This document shows, in pieces, positions 14,170 through 24,186 of a stretch of 24,562 nt of DNA; the first letter of the stretch is position 1, and every line of letters starts with the position of its first letter. The stretch lies in the IMG/VR virus record IMGVR_UViG_3300025630_000054, positions 1-24,562 of that record; one strand, written 5' to 3'. The notes under the pieces are model-generated. The model ran no database searches. It saw only the letters and a program-made list of their open reading frames with translations, and was not told the DNA's origin. Source of the stretch: a virus (lineage: Duplodnaviria > Caudoviricetes). Position numbers and translations under genes: made by a program.

Positions 14170-15153
14170 CTAGCTTTTTAACATCAAGCTCAATGCGTCT
14201 TCGATTGAGCCTGTCTTCTGCAAGCGCTGTTGCGCTTTTTTACGGGTAGCAGCCTGTCCGTCTGGGCGTTTCTTTGCGCCAGCTTTGACAACGGGTCGAG
14301 CGCCATCAGCTTTTGACTGTGACTTCTTCCTATTGGCAACCAGTTGACGATATTTACGCGCGTCGTTTAACGCCCGCACATATCTCGCATCAGACACGCT
14401 AGCCATCTCTTCGGGTGTGAAGCCGTAGTGAACGCCTGTATCTATGATGCCCGCCTTCAGCTTTTCGCCTTTTTCGGGATCTGCGATTTCAGGGATATAC
14501 TGTTTCAACACTTCCGCTTGCTCCGCAAGGTAGGCTTGTCTGGCCGCTTGCTGTTGCTGCGCTTGTTGCTGATGCATACCCCGCAACTGGACTAATTGCT
14601 GGTCGTGCGCGGCCTTTGCCTCGTCATATTGCAGCTTCGCTTCCATGTATCCAATCGGATCTTGGTCGAAAAGCTCTTTGGACGGTGGGGTTGGGGCTTG
14701 CAGACCACCTTGCTGGGCTTGTTGATACAAAGCCAAGACTTGTTGCTGCTGTTGGGCCAATGCTTGAGCCTGCTGCTTGTATTGCTTTTCCAAGGCAGCA
14801 TTTTCTTGCATCTTTTGATTGATGTAACCCTGACCCGCCGCAGATTGCTTTAACTGATCCAGTGTCCAATGCTCTTCTTTGCCGTTAATTTTAACGGGGA
14901 TGAGATTGGTGTCTTCAGCCGCCTCTACTAGGTCGTCGTCATCAATTTGGTCATCTTCGACATATTCTGCGTCTTCTATGTCATCGCCGGATGCCTCGAC
15001 GTCATCATCGCCCTCGGCAATATCTTCAACTGCTTCGCTCTCAACGTCTTGAGATGGCGCTTCAGCTGCTTCCACTGCTTCGCTTTGATTTTCTTCACTT
15101 GGCGCTGGGGCCAACATTGCCTCTACGGCACTATCTAGGCTAGTCGCTTCCAC
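14170..15153 (-). CDS. capsid scaffolding protein
   Basis: Acidic N-terminus, VKINGKE..TLDQL motif, Q-rich coiled coil, DPIGY, basic C-terminus; immediately upstream of the capsid gene. Confidence 0.8.
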   Translation of the reverse strand: MEATSLDSAVEAMLAPAPSEENQSEAVEAAEAPSQDVESEAVEDIAEGDDDVEASGDDIEDAEYVEDDQIDDDDLVEAAEDTNLIPVKINGKEEHWTLDQLKQSAAGQGYINQKMQENAALEKQYKQQAQALAQQQQQVLALYQQAQQGGLQAPTPPSKELFDQDPIGYMEAKLQYDEAKAAHDQQLVQLRGMHQQQAQQQQAARQAYLAEQAEVLKQYIPEIADPEKGEKLKAGIIDTGVHYGFTPEEMASVSDARYVRALNDARKYRQLVANRKKSQSKADGARPVVKAGAKKRPDGQAATRKKAQQRLQKTGSIEDALSLMLKS

Positions 15154-15157
15154 GGTG

Positions 15158-15400
15158 CTAGTTCCTCTGTTTGCGATCTAAAAGCGTCTCTGCTGCAAGT
15201 GCAGCGTCGAGGGTCACTTCGATCTGGTTAAGCGCACGGATTATCGCGTGCGCCTCTTCACGGGCGGCCACGTCAGCCACCCCACTGCTTGCGAAAACCT
15301 GCATTTGGTTATCGCGCACACTCTGCATAAACTGCTTAAATGCAGTATCGTTTTTCAAACGACGGGCCTCTTCAGCCTCTATGCGTATTTCTGTTGTCAT
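15158..15400 (-). CDS. hypothetical protein (80 aa)
   Basis: Small helical ORF between portal and scaffold; ATGA-coupled. Confidence 0.7.
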   Translation of the reverse strand: MTTEIRIEAEEARRLKNDTAFKQFMQSVRDNQMQVFASSGVADVAAREEAHAIIRALNQIEVTLDAALAAETLLDRKQRN

Positions 15401-15735
15401 TTTGCTAAAAGTCCTTGCATTGCTCCATTCATTGCGCTTCGGTGCATGGCACGCTCTGCACCAGCGCCAAAGTTTCCGCGCTCAAATCTAGGAAACTTTT
15501 TACCAGTGGCTTTTTCGTAATCTAAAGACAACATTCTTGCCGTTTCGACCGGAACTTTAACTGCCTCACCATTTGGCTTGAACCAAATGGTCGGGAAGTT
15601 AAACGGAACGCCATCCTCATCTGCCTCTGTCGATATATGCTCAGTTGAAAGCCCACCAAGCCCTAAATCTTGGGGCTTGTGCTTTTCTGGATCAAATGGC
15701 TCAAGGCCAAATGTCTTGCTCAGTAGTCCTGTCAT
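15397..15735 (-). CDS. hypothetical protein (112 aa)
   Basis: ATGA overlaps with the portal stop and with the next gene. Confidence 0.65.
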   Translation of the reverse strand: MTGLLSKTFGLEPFDPEKHKPQDLGLGGLSTEHISTEADEDGVPFNFPTIWFKPNGEAVKVPVETARMLSLDYEKATGKKFPRFERGNFGAGAERAMHRSAMNGAMQGLLAK

Positions 15736-17822
15736 TGTTGCACCCCTTGAGCCATGCCGCCGATCATGCGCATTTTATCCTGTTCCGCTTTTACACGCGC
15801 TACATCTACGGCAGTGCCGTATTGGCCATATATCTTGGCAGCATCAACCATGAGATCCTGCGCCATCTGATCGCGCTTCAAGTCGTCATCTGCGGCTGCT
15901 TTCTGCGCCTCAAGCTGCAGCTTCATCATGTCAGTCTGCGCTTTGCTTTGCGCCTTGATCTGCTCGGCCTGCAGGAATGCGGCGTTTGGATCTTGCGCCT
16001 GCCCCTGCTGCGCCATCATGGCCTGCTGTTGCTGTTGCAACTGTAGCATCTGCATTTCTATTTCCGGCGTAATCGGCGCGAAGTAGCGGTCGGCATTGCG
16101 CACGCCTGACAACGCCAGACTGTCGGCCAGCGTGTTGCGGATGTTGGTCAGCGATACCAAGCCGTTCATCGGGCCATATTGCTGGTAAACCATCTGCTGC
16201 ATCTGCAACGCCTGCTGCAACGCCATCTGCTTCTCTTCTTCGCGGCCAGTGCCAAGCCCGACGTTGATGCTGATGTCCATCGACGTATCCCAGACACGCG
16301 GATCAACTGGCACAAACTGCCCGTTCATCCGCATCATCTTCTGCTCGTCCATATTCTTATTCATCAGGCGCAGCATGATGCCAAACAGGTCGCGCAGGCC
16401 GTCGGCCAAGTTGCGCACCATCACCTCTGTCTGGCCCGCAGCGGCCTGCACAGACGCCTGAACGGCTGCCTTAGTGGTAGACTGTAAAGCGTCAGGATTA
16501 AGCCCCACAGAGGCGCTTGTGACGCCCGTCTTCTGCTCTGTGAGCTGATCCATGTATGCCAGCGCAGATAGCGTCTGGCCAGCAACAAACGGCACGCTGA
16601 GATCCTGCACAGATCCTGCTTGGCGCATCCGCACAAGTGACCCGATCTCGTTGTTCAGCACGTCGTCAATATTTACTGCGCCGTCTACGATACCAATGCG
16701 CGGATTGTTGGTCATCGCCACGTTATCCAAGATGCCACGCAGAATAGACGTTGCCGCATCTTGGTCATTTTCTACCAGCTCAGACAGGCTGTGTCCGTAC
16801 CAGCTGTGTGGCTCTGGGTCGATCTCAAACTTGGCAAACGGGATCTCGTCGCACGGCATGAAGTCTAGCAGCTCGTATGACGTGCCGCCGCAGAGAAACT
16901 TGTACAGCACCGGCACGCCGGTTCCGTCCACATCCATACGCATGTAGGCTTCTGTAATTCCCACCAGCTTCATGGACGGGTCTAGCTCGTCTTCGTCTGA
17001 CAAGTCTTCCTCGTATCCTTGGCGCTCAAGCACCTCTGCGCCAGACATATCGTTTGTGCCGTCTATTGGCGTCAGGTTAGACACGACGTCAAAATCAAAG
17101 CCCATCTCGACCAGATCGCCGACGCGCATATCTGTGCGGTGCGCCACGACATATGCGTCATCGAATGACCGGCAGTCGCGGTTGACGAAGAACTCTTCCG
17201 GCGGGATGCTTTCTATACGCAGCTCGCCCTTCATCTCTGTGCGGCTAATCTTGACCGAATGGACAGGAAGCTCGATGTCCATGCCCATCTCGTCCACCTC
17301 AATCGACATTTCCATCGTATGCTCGATCACGTCCACGTTATCTTCTTGGATCAGAAACGTGTATTCATCATCAGACAGGTCGGTGTAGGTGTATATTTCG
17401 GCCACGGGGTAGTCGTGCCAATACGCCTTCACGATGCCCTGCTTCTTCACCATGGCGTCTTGAAACGCGTCGTTTAGCACGCGGTAGCCGTTTAGACGCG
17501 TAAACTCATGCTGGATGTAGCTGGTGGCCTGCTCGGCCAGCGCAACGTCTTCTGGCCCCTTCGGGATAAACTCTACCGGCCTTGCGGTGGACATGAAGAT
17601 CCGCATCAGGCTTGGCTTCACAGAGCGTACGGTATCCCGTACCTTTGTGGCCACAACCTTGCTGCGCCCGTCTTCGTGGCCAATATCAACCTCGCCGTCA
17701 TAATAACGCTGCGCCTTGATGCGGTCTTCGCTAATCTCGCTCTCAACGAAATCAACGGCCTCGCTGATCGCATTTTGAACAATGCTTTCTATCTCGCGGC
17801 GATCTTTTGGCTGTGGTTGCAT
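15732..17822 (-). CDS. portal protein (P22-like size, Q-rich C-terminal helix)
   Basis: 696 aa; RYYDGE..GRSKVV..V.DTV, IPPEEF, PHSWYGHS and INVGLGTG motifs; upstream of scaffold and capsid. Confidence 0.88.
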   Translation of the reverse strand: MQPQPKDRREIESIVQNAISEAVDFVESEISEDRIKAQRYYDGEVDIGHEDGRSKVVATKVRDTVRSVKPSLMRIFMSTARPVEFIPKGPEDVALAEQATSYIQHEFTRLNGYRVLNDAFQDAMVKKQGIVKAYWHDYPVAEIYTYTDLSDDEYTFLIQEDNVDVIEHTMEMSIEVDEMGMDIELPVHSVKISRTEMKGELRIESIPPEEFFVNRDCRSFDDAYVVAHRTDMRVGDLVEMGFDFDVVSNLTPIDGTNDMSGAEVLERQGYEEDLSDEDELDPSMKLVGITEAYMRMDVDGTGVPVLYKFLCGGTSYELLDFMPCDEIPFAKFEIDPEPHSWYGHSLSELVENDQDAATSILRGILDNVAMTNNPRIGIVDGAVNIDDVLNNEIGSLVRMRQAGSVQDLSVPFVAGQTLSALAYMDQLTEQKTGVTSASVGLNPDALQSTTKAAVQASVQAAAGQTEVMVRNLADGLRDLFGIMLRLMNKNMDEQKMMRMNGQFVPVDPRVWDTSMDISINVGLGTGREEEKQMALQQALQMQQMVYQQYGPMNGLVSLTNIRNTLADSLALSGVRNADRYFAPITPEIEMQMLQLQQQQQAMMAQQGQAQDPNAAFLQAEQIKAQSKAQTDMMKLQLEAQKAAADDDLKRDQMAQDLMVDAAKIYGQYGTAVDVARVKAEQDKMRMIGGMAQGVQQ

Positions 17823-17823
17823 G

Positions 17824-19785
17824 TTATTCTCCGCGTGTTGCGCCGTAAGTTGTCAGGCCGAAAGTGGTCAAGGCGTCAAGCACTTGCTGCGCCCGTGTTG
17901 GGTCTTGAAGCCGTTTAGCTTCTTGTAACAGAATTGGCACTATTATGTCACGATCTGCGCCCTGCATCGACAGTAATTCACCAATCTCGCGGTTTAAGTT
18001 TGAGCGCCTTTTGCCGTACATAATTTCGTCTATAATGCGATTGAGCGGATCAGCTATAGCGCCTCTGTAAATGCGCGAAAATGGCCCTTCTCTTTGCGTT
18101 CCAGAAGGATCGCGCAAATCAGCGACATCAGCCGCTCCTTCCATGCGGAAAGCACTCTGGGAACCCTTTAAAACATCGCTGCGCGTGCCGGAAAACTCTT
18201 TTTCGGCAAACAACCTCTGTATGACGGCATCCGCGTCAGGCTTGCCAAGTAGAAGTTGCAATTTCTCGCGGTTCCAAGATTTGTCAAACTGCTGCCACGC
18301 GGTTGCCGCATCGCTTCTCGATGTACCCATAAGAGCGGCAATGTATTCTCTCGCGCCTTTCACATATGCGTCACGCTCAAGCGGCTTCATTTTATCAAGC
18401 ATTGCTTTTAATTGCGCTGGAGGCAAAGCAGACGTTGGGCCGCCAGAAAACACAGTGCGTCCATCCATTACGGCATCCTCAATTTTTGAGCTTTCGGCGT
18501 ATCCGGCGCGCGCCGTGGCGTAGTTTGGGATCTCATCAAGGCGCCTGTCCATATCGTCTAATATGGGCATCAACTGCCTTGCTTTGCTCTTCTGACCGGC
18601 TATTTTAGCAGCGAAGATCGCGTCGCTCAAAGCGCTGCGGGCGTTGTGGAGCTTAGACGCAGAAACTGGCCCCTCCTTACCCAGATCACGCAGAACAACG
18701 TTCAAGGCGCTTCTGACGTTAGACGCTGCATCGTCTGCCATCATAACCAAGCCAGAACGCAACGCGCCAATATCAAACTTAATATCGCTCTGCGTAGCCG
18801 CGTCATACATTGGGCCAAACTCAGACGACTTGCGCATTTCCTGCGCTGCGCGCTCCTCGGCGGCAGCTATTTCTGGGCCAAGCCTCTCGGTAACAATGTC
18901 TTCAGTGCGTTGTCCTGCGCCGCCTGCTCGTTGCTCTATTCGCGTGCGCAATACGTCCGAACCCTCCCCTTGCAACACTGCTAAAGATTGCGCCAGCCCG
19001 CGCGGAGATCCGGCAATATCGGCCACCATTCCTTCTGGGCCAAGAGACTGCAAGTATTCTTCAATATTTCGCCCCGCCACCATCGGGCTTTGCAATTTTT
19101 TCCCAACTCTGCGCAACGAAGCTCCGCTGAAGCCCCCCTCGCCAGCACGGCCTATATCTTGAATGCCTCTGGTAACAGCGCCTGCCACGCGACCCGCCAC
19201 TGGCGCAGCAGCGCCAATCGTTGCTCCTGCTGCTGCAGTAAACGGCGAAACCTCTGCCATGCGTGGCCCGAAGCCTCCCTCGCCACCAGCGAACTCTGGC
19301 AGCGTTGCCGTCGCCGCTCCTGTGCCTGCCCCAGCAACAACTTTCCCTGCCGTTCCCAATCCTCTAGCCAAACGCATAGACGTGCCGACAGGCAGCATCG
19401 CACCCGCAACGCCGCCTGAGACTTCACCTTTGGCAAACTGCTCTGGAGCCAGCAGCTGCGCCGCCTCGTCGCGCTGGCGAACAAGGTCACGATATTTTGC
19501 GTATGCTTTTTTCGCGCCCTCGATGTCGCGTTTGCGGAGCAACTCGTTTGCCGCTTGGTATGCGCCAGCAATCTCGTCGGCCAAACCTAAGCTGACGCCC
19601 TTCTGCGCGCCGCGATATGTGGCGATGGTTTCAATTTCAGCCTGCCTTGCTGGCTTGCGCTTTTCCCGTGCAGCGTCCAGCGCCTTCTGGCCGTCAGCGC
19701 TTATCGTTCCGGCGGCCTCAAGTTTTTCTAAGGCGGCGATTGCCGCTTGAATATTGGAGGCTTCGGCGTATGTCATTTCAGCCAT
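17824..19785 (-). CDS. putative internal virion / DNA ejection protein (653 aa)
   Basis: A/G-rich helical protein with GVSLGLADEI and hydrophobic GAxxG repeats; last of the ejection-like cluster. Confidence 0.6.
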   Translation of the reverse strand: MAEMTYAEASNIQAAIAALEKLEAAGTISADGQKALDAAREKRKPARQAEIETIATYRGAQKGVSLGLADEIAGAYQAANELLRKRDIEGAKKAYAKYRDLVRQRDEAAQLLAPEQFAKGEVSGGVAGAMLPVGTSMRLARGLGTAGKVVAGAGTGAATATLPEFAGGEGGFGPRMAEVSPFTAAAGATIGAAAPVAGRVAGAVTRGIQDIGRAGEGGFSGASLRRVGKKLQSPMVAGRNIEEYLQSLGPEGMVADIAGSPRGLAQSLAVLQGEGSDVLRTRIEQRAGGAGQRTEDIVTERLGPEIAAAEERAAQEMRKSSEFGPMYDAATQSDIKFDIGALRSGLVMMADDAASNVRSALNVVLRDLGKEGPVSASKLHNARSALSDAIFAAKIAGQKSKARQLMPILDDMDRRLDEIPNYATARAGYAESSKIEDAVMDGRTVFSGGPTSALPPAQLKAMLDKMKPLERDAYVKGAREYIAALMGTSRSDAATAWQQFDKSWNREKLQLLLGKPDADAVIQRLFAEKEFSGTRSDVLKGSQSAFRMEGAADVADLRDPSGTQREGPFSRIYRGAIADPLNRIIDEIMYGKRRSNLNREIGELLSMQGADRDIIVPILLQEAKRLQDPTRAQQVLDALTTFGLTTYGATRGE

Positions 19786-19786
19786 G

Positions 19787-21322
19787 TTAACCTCCGCTCG
19801 ATGGTTTTAGCGTTTTAAGCGCTTCTTCTTCTGTCATGGACGGCGCGGGTATATCTGCGCCACCCCCAAGGAAGCTTCTGACGCTTTCAAATGGATCTGG
19901 CAATGCTGCGATTTCCTCTTCGGCTTGCTGGATGCTAAAGTCTGGGTCAGTTAGCGCTCTGGACGCTATTCTGCCAACTCTGGCATTGTGTTCAGTAATC
20001 GCCACCATGCTCTTCACGATAAGCTTGTTGCCGTTTGGCTGGTTCTGGATGGCTGGCAGCGATGCCTTATACAGCGCCAAGTCTGCATCCGAAATAACGC
20101 CAGAACCGGCTGGCCTTTGCGCCGGAACAAGTTGGCTGATTATGGCTTCGGCTGCTGCTGCTGGGGCGCTTCTAAAGTCTACGCCAAAATACTGGTTGGC
20201 GCGTGACAAGAAGCCTGCGCTTAATCCTGTGTCACTTTCATCAAGCAGATCGTCAAGAAGCTTAATGCGCCCAAGATTAGACGTCGCGTCTCGTCCGGCC
20301 TGCGCCATCTCGGCAAAGTTTCTAGCCAACTCGGCTTGGCCAACCTTCACAAACTCACCTTCACCGCCGCCAATCTGAACCATTGGGCCGCCGCCGATCT
20401 TATTGGCAGTGCCGTCTGGCTTCAAATTGTACAAGCCTTCAGCGATTTCCGCATTCGGGTACATCTTGCGCAACTGCTCGGCGCTTACGATCTGGCCTTT
20501 GCCCTTCGGCGTCTCCAGCGATTTGCTGACCAACGCATTCATAATATCCTTTGCGCCGATTGACCCGCCCTCTACGGCGTCAGCATAATCGTCGTAGCCC
20601 ATCCTGCGCAGATACTCGACTGTCTTGTTCTTTGTCGCAGCCGCCTGCCGCTGCGCGCCGCGCGCCCTGATCGCTTCGCCAGCACGCAGCTCCGGCATAA
20701 TTAGCGGATCGAGCGCCGCAGCAAATTGCTCCGCTCTACTTAGACCCGTCGTCGGGCTTGGCGTTCCAAGGTAATCCATGATGCCGCCTAAACCGCCTCT
20801 ACGCTGCTGCGGCGCTGCCGCTGCCTGCGGGCGATCCTGCCGAAGCGCTGACAGAGGCGCGCGTGGCGCTGTTCGTGGTGCCATGCCGGTGGCCAGCATC
20901 TGCTGGCGCAGCTCTTCTTCGCGCGCCCTATCGAATGGAGTTGCCATGTCTTTTCCTTTCAAACCTTCCCAAGCTGATGGGCCTTGCGTTTTGTATATCC
21001 ACTGCCCGATCTTATCTTGCAAATCTTCCGTCATCATCTCGCTGCCAGTTAGCCCAAGACCTTTTTTTGCCTCTGCAAGAGTAGACCCAACCACTTGATA
21101 AGCGCCCATCGGTGTGGCAACGCGGCCAACTTGGCCCTTCACATATTGCGCGTATGGGCCAGACGGGCTGGCAAACTCAAGCGCCTCGTCAACCGTCATG
21201 CCCGTAAGATTAAACCCAGCGAAAGGATTTCCTGCGCGGTTTGCGTAGTTATACAGCGCGTTATAATCGCCGCCGCTTTCAGTGGCGAATATACTTGGCT
21301 TTAGGCGCTCAAACGGTGTCAT
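19787..21322 (-). CDS. putative ejection protein with N-terminal lysozyme-like domain
   Basis: IFATESGGDYNA...GAYQ...QDKI resembles lysozyme-superfamily/lytic transglycosylase motifs; the remainder is helical. Confidence 0.65.
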   Translation of the reverse strand: MTPFERLKPSIFATESGGDYNALYNYANRAGNPFAGFNLTGMTVDEALEFASPSGPYAQYVKGQVGRVATPMGAYQVVGSTLAEAKKGLGLTGSEMMTEDLQDKIGQWIYKTQGPSAWEGLKGKDMATPFDRAREEELRQQMLATGMAPRTAPRAPLSALRQDRPQAAAAPQQRRGGLGGIMDYLGTPSPTTGLSRAEQFAAALDPLIMPELRAGEAIRARGAQRQAAATKNKTVEYLRRMGYDDYADAVEGGSIGAKDIMNALVSKSLETPKGKGQIVSAEQLRKMYPNAEIAEGLYNLKPDGTANKIGGGPMVQIGGGEGEFVKVGQAELARNFAEMAQAGRDATSNLGRIKLLDDLLDESDTGLSAGFLSRANQYFGVDFRSAPAAAAEAIISQLVPAQRPAGSGVISDADLALYKASLPAIQNQPNGNKLIVKSMVAITEHNARVGRIASRALTDPDFSIQQAEEEIAALPDPFESVRSFLGGGADIPAPSMTEEEALKTLKPSSGG

Positions 21323-21330
21323 CTACTACC

Positions 21331-22254
21331 TCAAAACGGCAACTGCTTAGGTTTAAACATGCTTGCGCCAAGCTGCAGATAGTTGAACAATCCCGGCTGC
21401 ATTGACTGCGTTGTCGTTGACTGGCTTGGCGTTGCCCCAAGCGCCGCCAATGGCGCTGCGAGCGCTGCCTGCGGTGCGCCTGTGTAGCCTGCATATTGGC
21501 CGCGCGCCGCGTCGATAAGCGCCTGCTGCAATCCCTGCTGCATGAGACCCTGCTGCATCTGCTGCTGCTGGATCGCCTGCCCTGTTCCGAATGCCTGCTG
21601 GCCAAGTCCGGCGAGCTGCCTCGCTGCGCTCAAGCGCGTACCCATTGCGGCTTGCTGAGCTTGCAGATTTTGCTGCTGAGCCGACGCCGCCTGCTGGGCT
21701 GCGAATTGCGCGGCTCTGTTTTGCGCTGCGATGTCTTGGCCTGCCATACCCATTGCGCCTTGGTATCCTTGCTGGCGCAAGCCTGACGCAGTGCGCGCCG
21801 CCTGCTCGGCAAAGGCGCGGTTGGTTTCCGCTTCAGCAATGCCGTGTCGTGAACCGCCAAACGCTCTGGCGCGTGTTGCCTGCGCGCCGCCTAAGTTTTG
21901 CTGCATCTGGCGTGCGCGCTCAAGATCAGCCAGAGATTGCTCCACGACTTGCGCCTCATACGGGTTGGTATATGGCGCGAGGCTTGTGCCAGCAATCTGT
22001 GCTGGCGTGTATCCGACCGCCTCGATCTGGCGCGGCGTGAAGCCAAGCCCGCTTTGCGCGGTTCCCATCGCCTGCTGTAACGCGCCAGCGGATGCAAGAT
22101 TTACGTTGAAATCTTGCGTCGGGGCCAGTGGCGGCGGCGCAGGCGCTGCGACTTGCGGCGCTGTTGGCGTAATCGGGGCCATGCCGAATGTAGGCGTTGC
22201 GCCCATTGTTGGCGCTACTACCTGACCGCCGCCTTTTGCACCTTGTCCAGCCAT
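21331..22254 (-). CDS. putative DNA ejection/pilot protein (Q/A/G-rich)
   Basis: YTNPYEAQVV and AFGGSRHG motifs plus low-complexity Q/A helices typical of podophage internal proteins. Confidence 0.6.
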   Translation of the reverse strand: MAGQGAKGGGQVVAPTMGATPTFGMAPITPTAPQVAAPAPPPLAPTQDFNVNLASAGALQQAMGTAQSGLGFTPRQIEAVGYTPAQIAGTSLAPYTNPYEAQVVEQSLADLERARQMQQNLGGAQATRARAFGGSRHGIAEAETNRAFAEQAARTASGLRQQGYQGAMGMAGQDIAAQNRAAQFAAQQAASAQQQNLQAQQAAMGTRLSAARQLAGLGQQAFGTGQAIQQQQMQQGLMQQGLQQALIDAARGQYAGYTGAPQAALAAPLAALGATPSQSTTTQSMQPGLFNYLQLGASMFKPKQLPF

Positions 22255-22282
22255 TATGCTGCTCCTTTACTTATCTTGTAAA

Positions 22283-23824
22283 TCATTTGCCACCGCCTCC
22301 ACCGCGCCTAGCGGGCTTTGATGGAGGGGCGATTGTGGCCCTTCCAGTGGTAGGCGCAAAAGAAATCGGTTCATTTCTAAAACTATCATCTCTTTGCGGC
22401 ACAATAATTGGCGCTGGCAAGTCTGGATCCACAAACCCAGCCGCGCCGCCTGCAAACATCGGGTCGCCAACACTTACCGCTGGCCCTAATATACTTTCCA
22501 TTATTGCGTTTACATCACTAGAGCCAGTGTCGGCAGGCGACGGTGGGGTCGCCGGTGCCTCTTCGACTATGTTGTACTTGCTTGCCGTGTCTGCGCCAAA
22601 CATTGTACTTATGTCTCCGGCTTGGTTCCCGCTTTGCTGCAAGTTGCCAGCAGCGTCAAATAACTGATACGATGAAGTTCCATCACCTAAAGGCGTGTAT
22701 CTTATAGTTTTCTTATTTGGGTCTATTGCTGGTGCGGAGGGCGCTGCTTGGCCAATACCAAGCGCCTCCTCTAAAGCGCCGATTGCGGCACCAGTTATGC
22801 CGCCACCCATAATAAAGTTGCCAACATCAGACAGCAGCCCGCCGCCCTCGAATGGGCCGCCAGCCGCATTAGGGCCGCCGCCGTCAATCATATCTATAAA
22901 GCCTGTGTATTCTTGTGGCTCTAAGCCCAATATTGCCTGCTCGCCTGCAGCAAGTGGCCTTCCCTCTATCGGCGTGTAGCCAATTTCATCTATCGCTGCG
23001 CTAATTGCGGGGTCTAATGTGTAGTCGCTGGGAACTGTTGGCGGCAAAAATGCATCAACACCCGCAGCATCAATAATCTCCGGCGTTATGCCAAATCCAG
23101 TTGATTGCCCTGTCGGGTCTTGCGCTGCCTGCGCGGCTTGGTATTCGTAAACTGTTTGGAAAGCCTCATTATAATCAGGGTTTGTGGGATCAGTTGCCAT
23201 TATTTGCTGAGCAATCTGAACCTCTGGCGGCGCGATATTAAATATTTGGTCGTTTGGCTGCACAGCCAAGTTTGGGTTAGCCGCAAAGCTTGTTGTCTCA
23301 TATGTAACATTTTGCGGCCCCGCAGCCGCCTGCGCCTGCGCGATCGCAAGCTCGTTTGCGCGATCTGCTGCGCGGATGTCTGCCATCGTACCCATAGTGC
23401 TGTAATCAACAGCAGGCTGCACACGCGTTCCGGCTTGGCCTGTCACGGGATCAATGAAAAAGCTCTCAATGTATTGCGCCTGCGCTGGGCGCTGCGCGGC
23501 AAGCTCGTCAACGGCCTGCTGGTACAATGGAGCTGCGCTATATCCGCGTACACCGCCAGCAAACTGCGTTGGCTCTGGCATGCCGCCCATAATATCAGCT
23601 TGCGTTGTTGGCGTTCCCAACCCAAACGCAGACGCAACGTCAGCGGTTTGCTGGAAGCCAGCCTGCTGGAACGGCGTAAACGCGGCAACATCCGGCCCGA
23701 AATATGGCACATAGCCAATCTGGCTGATGCCTTCGGCCTTTGCCAAGTTACGGCGCGCTGCTTCTTCAATGTATTCTGGAATCTCGACGCTTGTCGATGT
23801 TGACCCGCCCTTGCCGCCTGACAT
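22283..23824 (-). CDS. putative internal virion protein (513 aa)
   Basis: N-terminus MSGGKGGSTSTSVEIPEYIE is typical of ejection proteins following the GNAT-like gene; acidic Pro/Gly-rich C-half. Confidence 0.6.
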   Translation of the reverse strand: MSGGKGGSTSTSVEIPEYIEEAARRNLAKAEGISQIGYVPYFGPDVAAFTPFQQAGFQQTADVASAFGLGTPTTQADIMGGMPEPTQFAGGVRGYSAAPLYQQAVDELAAQRPAQAQYIESFFIDPVTGQAGTRVQPAVDYSTMGTMADIRAADRANELAIAQAQAAAGPQNVTYETTSFAANPNLAVQPNDQIFNIAPPEVQIAQQIMATDPTNPDYNEAFQTVYEYQAAQAAQDPTGQSTGFGITPEIIDAAGVDAFLPPTVPSDYTLDPAISAAIDEIGYTPIEGRPLAAGEQAILGLEPQEYTGFIDMIDGGGPNAAGGPFEGGGLLSDVGNFIMGGGITGAAIGALEEALGIGQAAPSAPAIDPNKKTIRYTPLGDGTSSYQLFDAAGNLQQSGNQAGDISTMFGADTASKYNIVEEAPATPPSPADTGSSDVNAIMESILGPAVSVGDPMFAGGAAGFVDPDLPAPIIVPQRDDSFRNEPISFAPTTGRATIAPPSKPARRGGGGGK

Positions 23825-24186
23825 TATTCAAACTCCTTCACATATGAGGCGTGCAGTGGCACCCAGCCATGCGCCTTCAGTGGTTTCTTCCAGCCAAACC
23901 GGCCCGTCATGGTCAACGCAGAGCATCCTTGCGCTTTTGCCCATGCTATCACATCTTCATGCATTTCTAAAATCTGATCCAACTCGCCGCCGCCAAGAAA
24001 CACGTTTAAAACTTTCTTTCTCGGATATACCACTATTTCGGTGACTATGCACCCCCTCGGCGTAGGCCAGAGCTGCATCGTTCCCTTGTATATACCCTCG
24101 GCCACGTCGATGAAGTCATGCGTGCCGCCGGAATACTCCAAAGCGGCCTCAATCCATCCACGGCATCTCTCAAGCTCTTTATCCAT
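23824..24186 (-). CDS. GNAT-fold acetyltransferase-like phage protein (120 aa)
   Basis: LNVFLGGGEL...WAKAQGC..LTMTGRFGWKK..GW pattern; start at MDKEL with GAGG SD. Confidence 0.6.
   Translation of the reverse strand: MDKELERCRGWIEAALEYSGGTHDFIDVAEGIYKGTMQLWPTPRGCIVTEIVVYPRKKVLNVFLGGGELDQILEMHEDVIAWAKAQGCSALTMTGRFGWKKPLKAHGWVPLHASYVKEFE

Noticed and set aside
14540-14780. CTG/TTG-rich repeats in the scaffold gene (also in portal and ejection genes)
   Set aside because: Explained by poly-Gln/Ala coiled-coil coding, not a DNA-level repeat element.
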